Origin: an uncultured Christensenella sp.
Lineage (GTDB): Bacteria; Bacillota; Clostridia; Christensenellales; UBA3700
NCBI GenBank assembly: GCA_910579785.1
Contig: CAJTVJ010000001.1
Span: 40,732-104,731, forward strand
Direction: 5' to 3'
Length of the DNA: 64,000 bases
The stretch's first letter is position 1; each line of letters begins with the position of its first letter. The notes under the pieces are model-generated. The model was given only the letters and a program-made list of their open reading frames with translations. It ran no database searches and had not been told where the DNA came from. The position numbers were made by a program, and so were the translations under genes. Of this stretch, positions 63,653 through 64,000 are shown piece by piece.

Positions 63653-64000
63653 TCATTGCAGAAGGGAATGTATAAATTGTTCTGCCATGCGACCCGATTT
63701 GGCGCCGTTGAACATTGCCCATGACAGCGCTTTCTTTTCGAGATCTTTGACGTCCATAGCTACGTTGAATTTTTTGGCGAGTATGCGGACTATATTCAAA
63801 TACTCCTGCTGGTCGGGCGACGGATAATATATCGACAGTCCAAAACGGGCGACTAGCGAGAGCTTTTCGTTCTTTGTATCCGACTTATGCAGCTCGTCCA
63901 TAGGGTCTATGTCGTTGCCGTCGCTGTAATGTTCTTTTATAAGATGACGTCTATTGGACGTGGCGTATATAAGCACGTTGTCGGGTTTGACCTCCAAGCC
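63653..64000 (-). CDS. AAA-type ATPase, DUF815 family (C-terminal part; gene continues beyond the window)
   Basis: NVLIYATSNRRHLI...KLSLVARFGL...P..EEYL.IV pattern. The ORF is open at the window edge. Confidence 0.6.
   Translation of the reverse strand, partial: GLEVKPDNVLIYATSNRRHLIKEHYSDGNDIDPMDELHKSDTKNEKLSLVARFGLSIYYPSPDQQEYLNIVRILAKKFNVAMDVKDLEKKALSWAMFNGAKSGRMAEQFIHSLLQ

Overview
This window looks like a Firmicutes/Clostridia-type chromosome. Its first ~48 kb is almost entirely accessory DNA. All calls below come from reading the sequence and ORF translations by eye; no searches or computations were run.

Layout, in order:
(1) 1-7.9 kb: late/tail module of a siphovirus-type prophage (tape measure, Dit-like, Tal-like, tail fibre with 126-nt tandem repeats, membrane proteins). 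No endolysin is recognisable.
(2) 8.1-12.5 kb: a large serine recombinase, an XRE regulator with a palindromic operator, and a DarG(macro)-DarT(DUF4433) pair in reversed gene order.
(3) 12.8-22.0 kb: an inovirus-like (filamentous ssDNA phage-like) module. It has a Zot/pI-type ATPase, an HUH rolling-circle Rep, a 53-aa hydrophobic coat-like ORF, three N-terminally anchored proteins and a GC-rich hairpin cluster after rep.
(4) 22.0-36.9 kb: a visibly AT-rich island. It carries its own sigma factor and four copies of a conserved promoter-like motif (ATGGGACAA-N13-ATTGTTAT). The motif precedes a secreted cysteine peptidase, a metzincin lipoprotein plus MacB-type ABC transporter, giant surface proteins (one LRR + Listeria-Bacteroides repeats + C-terminal Hint domain), and a radical SAM/SPASM RiPP operon with three unannotated Cys/Asp-rich precursor peptides.
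(5) 36.9-42.3 kb: a minus-strand, translationally coupled 12-gene operon of small, often very acidic proteins. It includes PcfJ-like and a PcfK/AcrIIA9-like::MutS-domain-I fusion. A ~260-nt imperfect hairpin precedes it and would rebuild a -35/-10 promoter only in ssDNA (Frpo-like).
(6) 42.4-47.7 kb: a YobI/KAP-type 1211-aa membrane P-loop NTPase with two small unknown neighbours.
(7) tRNA-Ser(GGA) at the island edge.
(8) 48.4-64 kb: higher-GC, core-like genes. These are an OmpR/HK two-component system, two paralogous giant lipoproteins, envelope polysaccharide genes, a SIS-domain enzyme and a DUF815 ATPase.

No rRNA or CRISPR array was seen. The best novelty candidates are the sigma-linked RiPP/secretion island, the ssDNA-hairpin promoter with its anti-defence-like operon, and the Gram-positive inovirus-like element.
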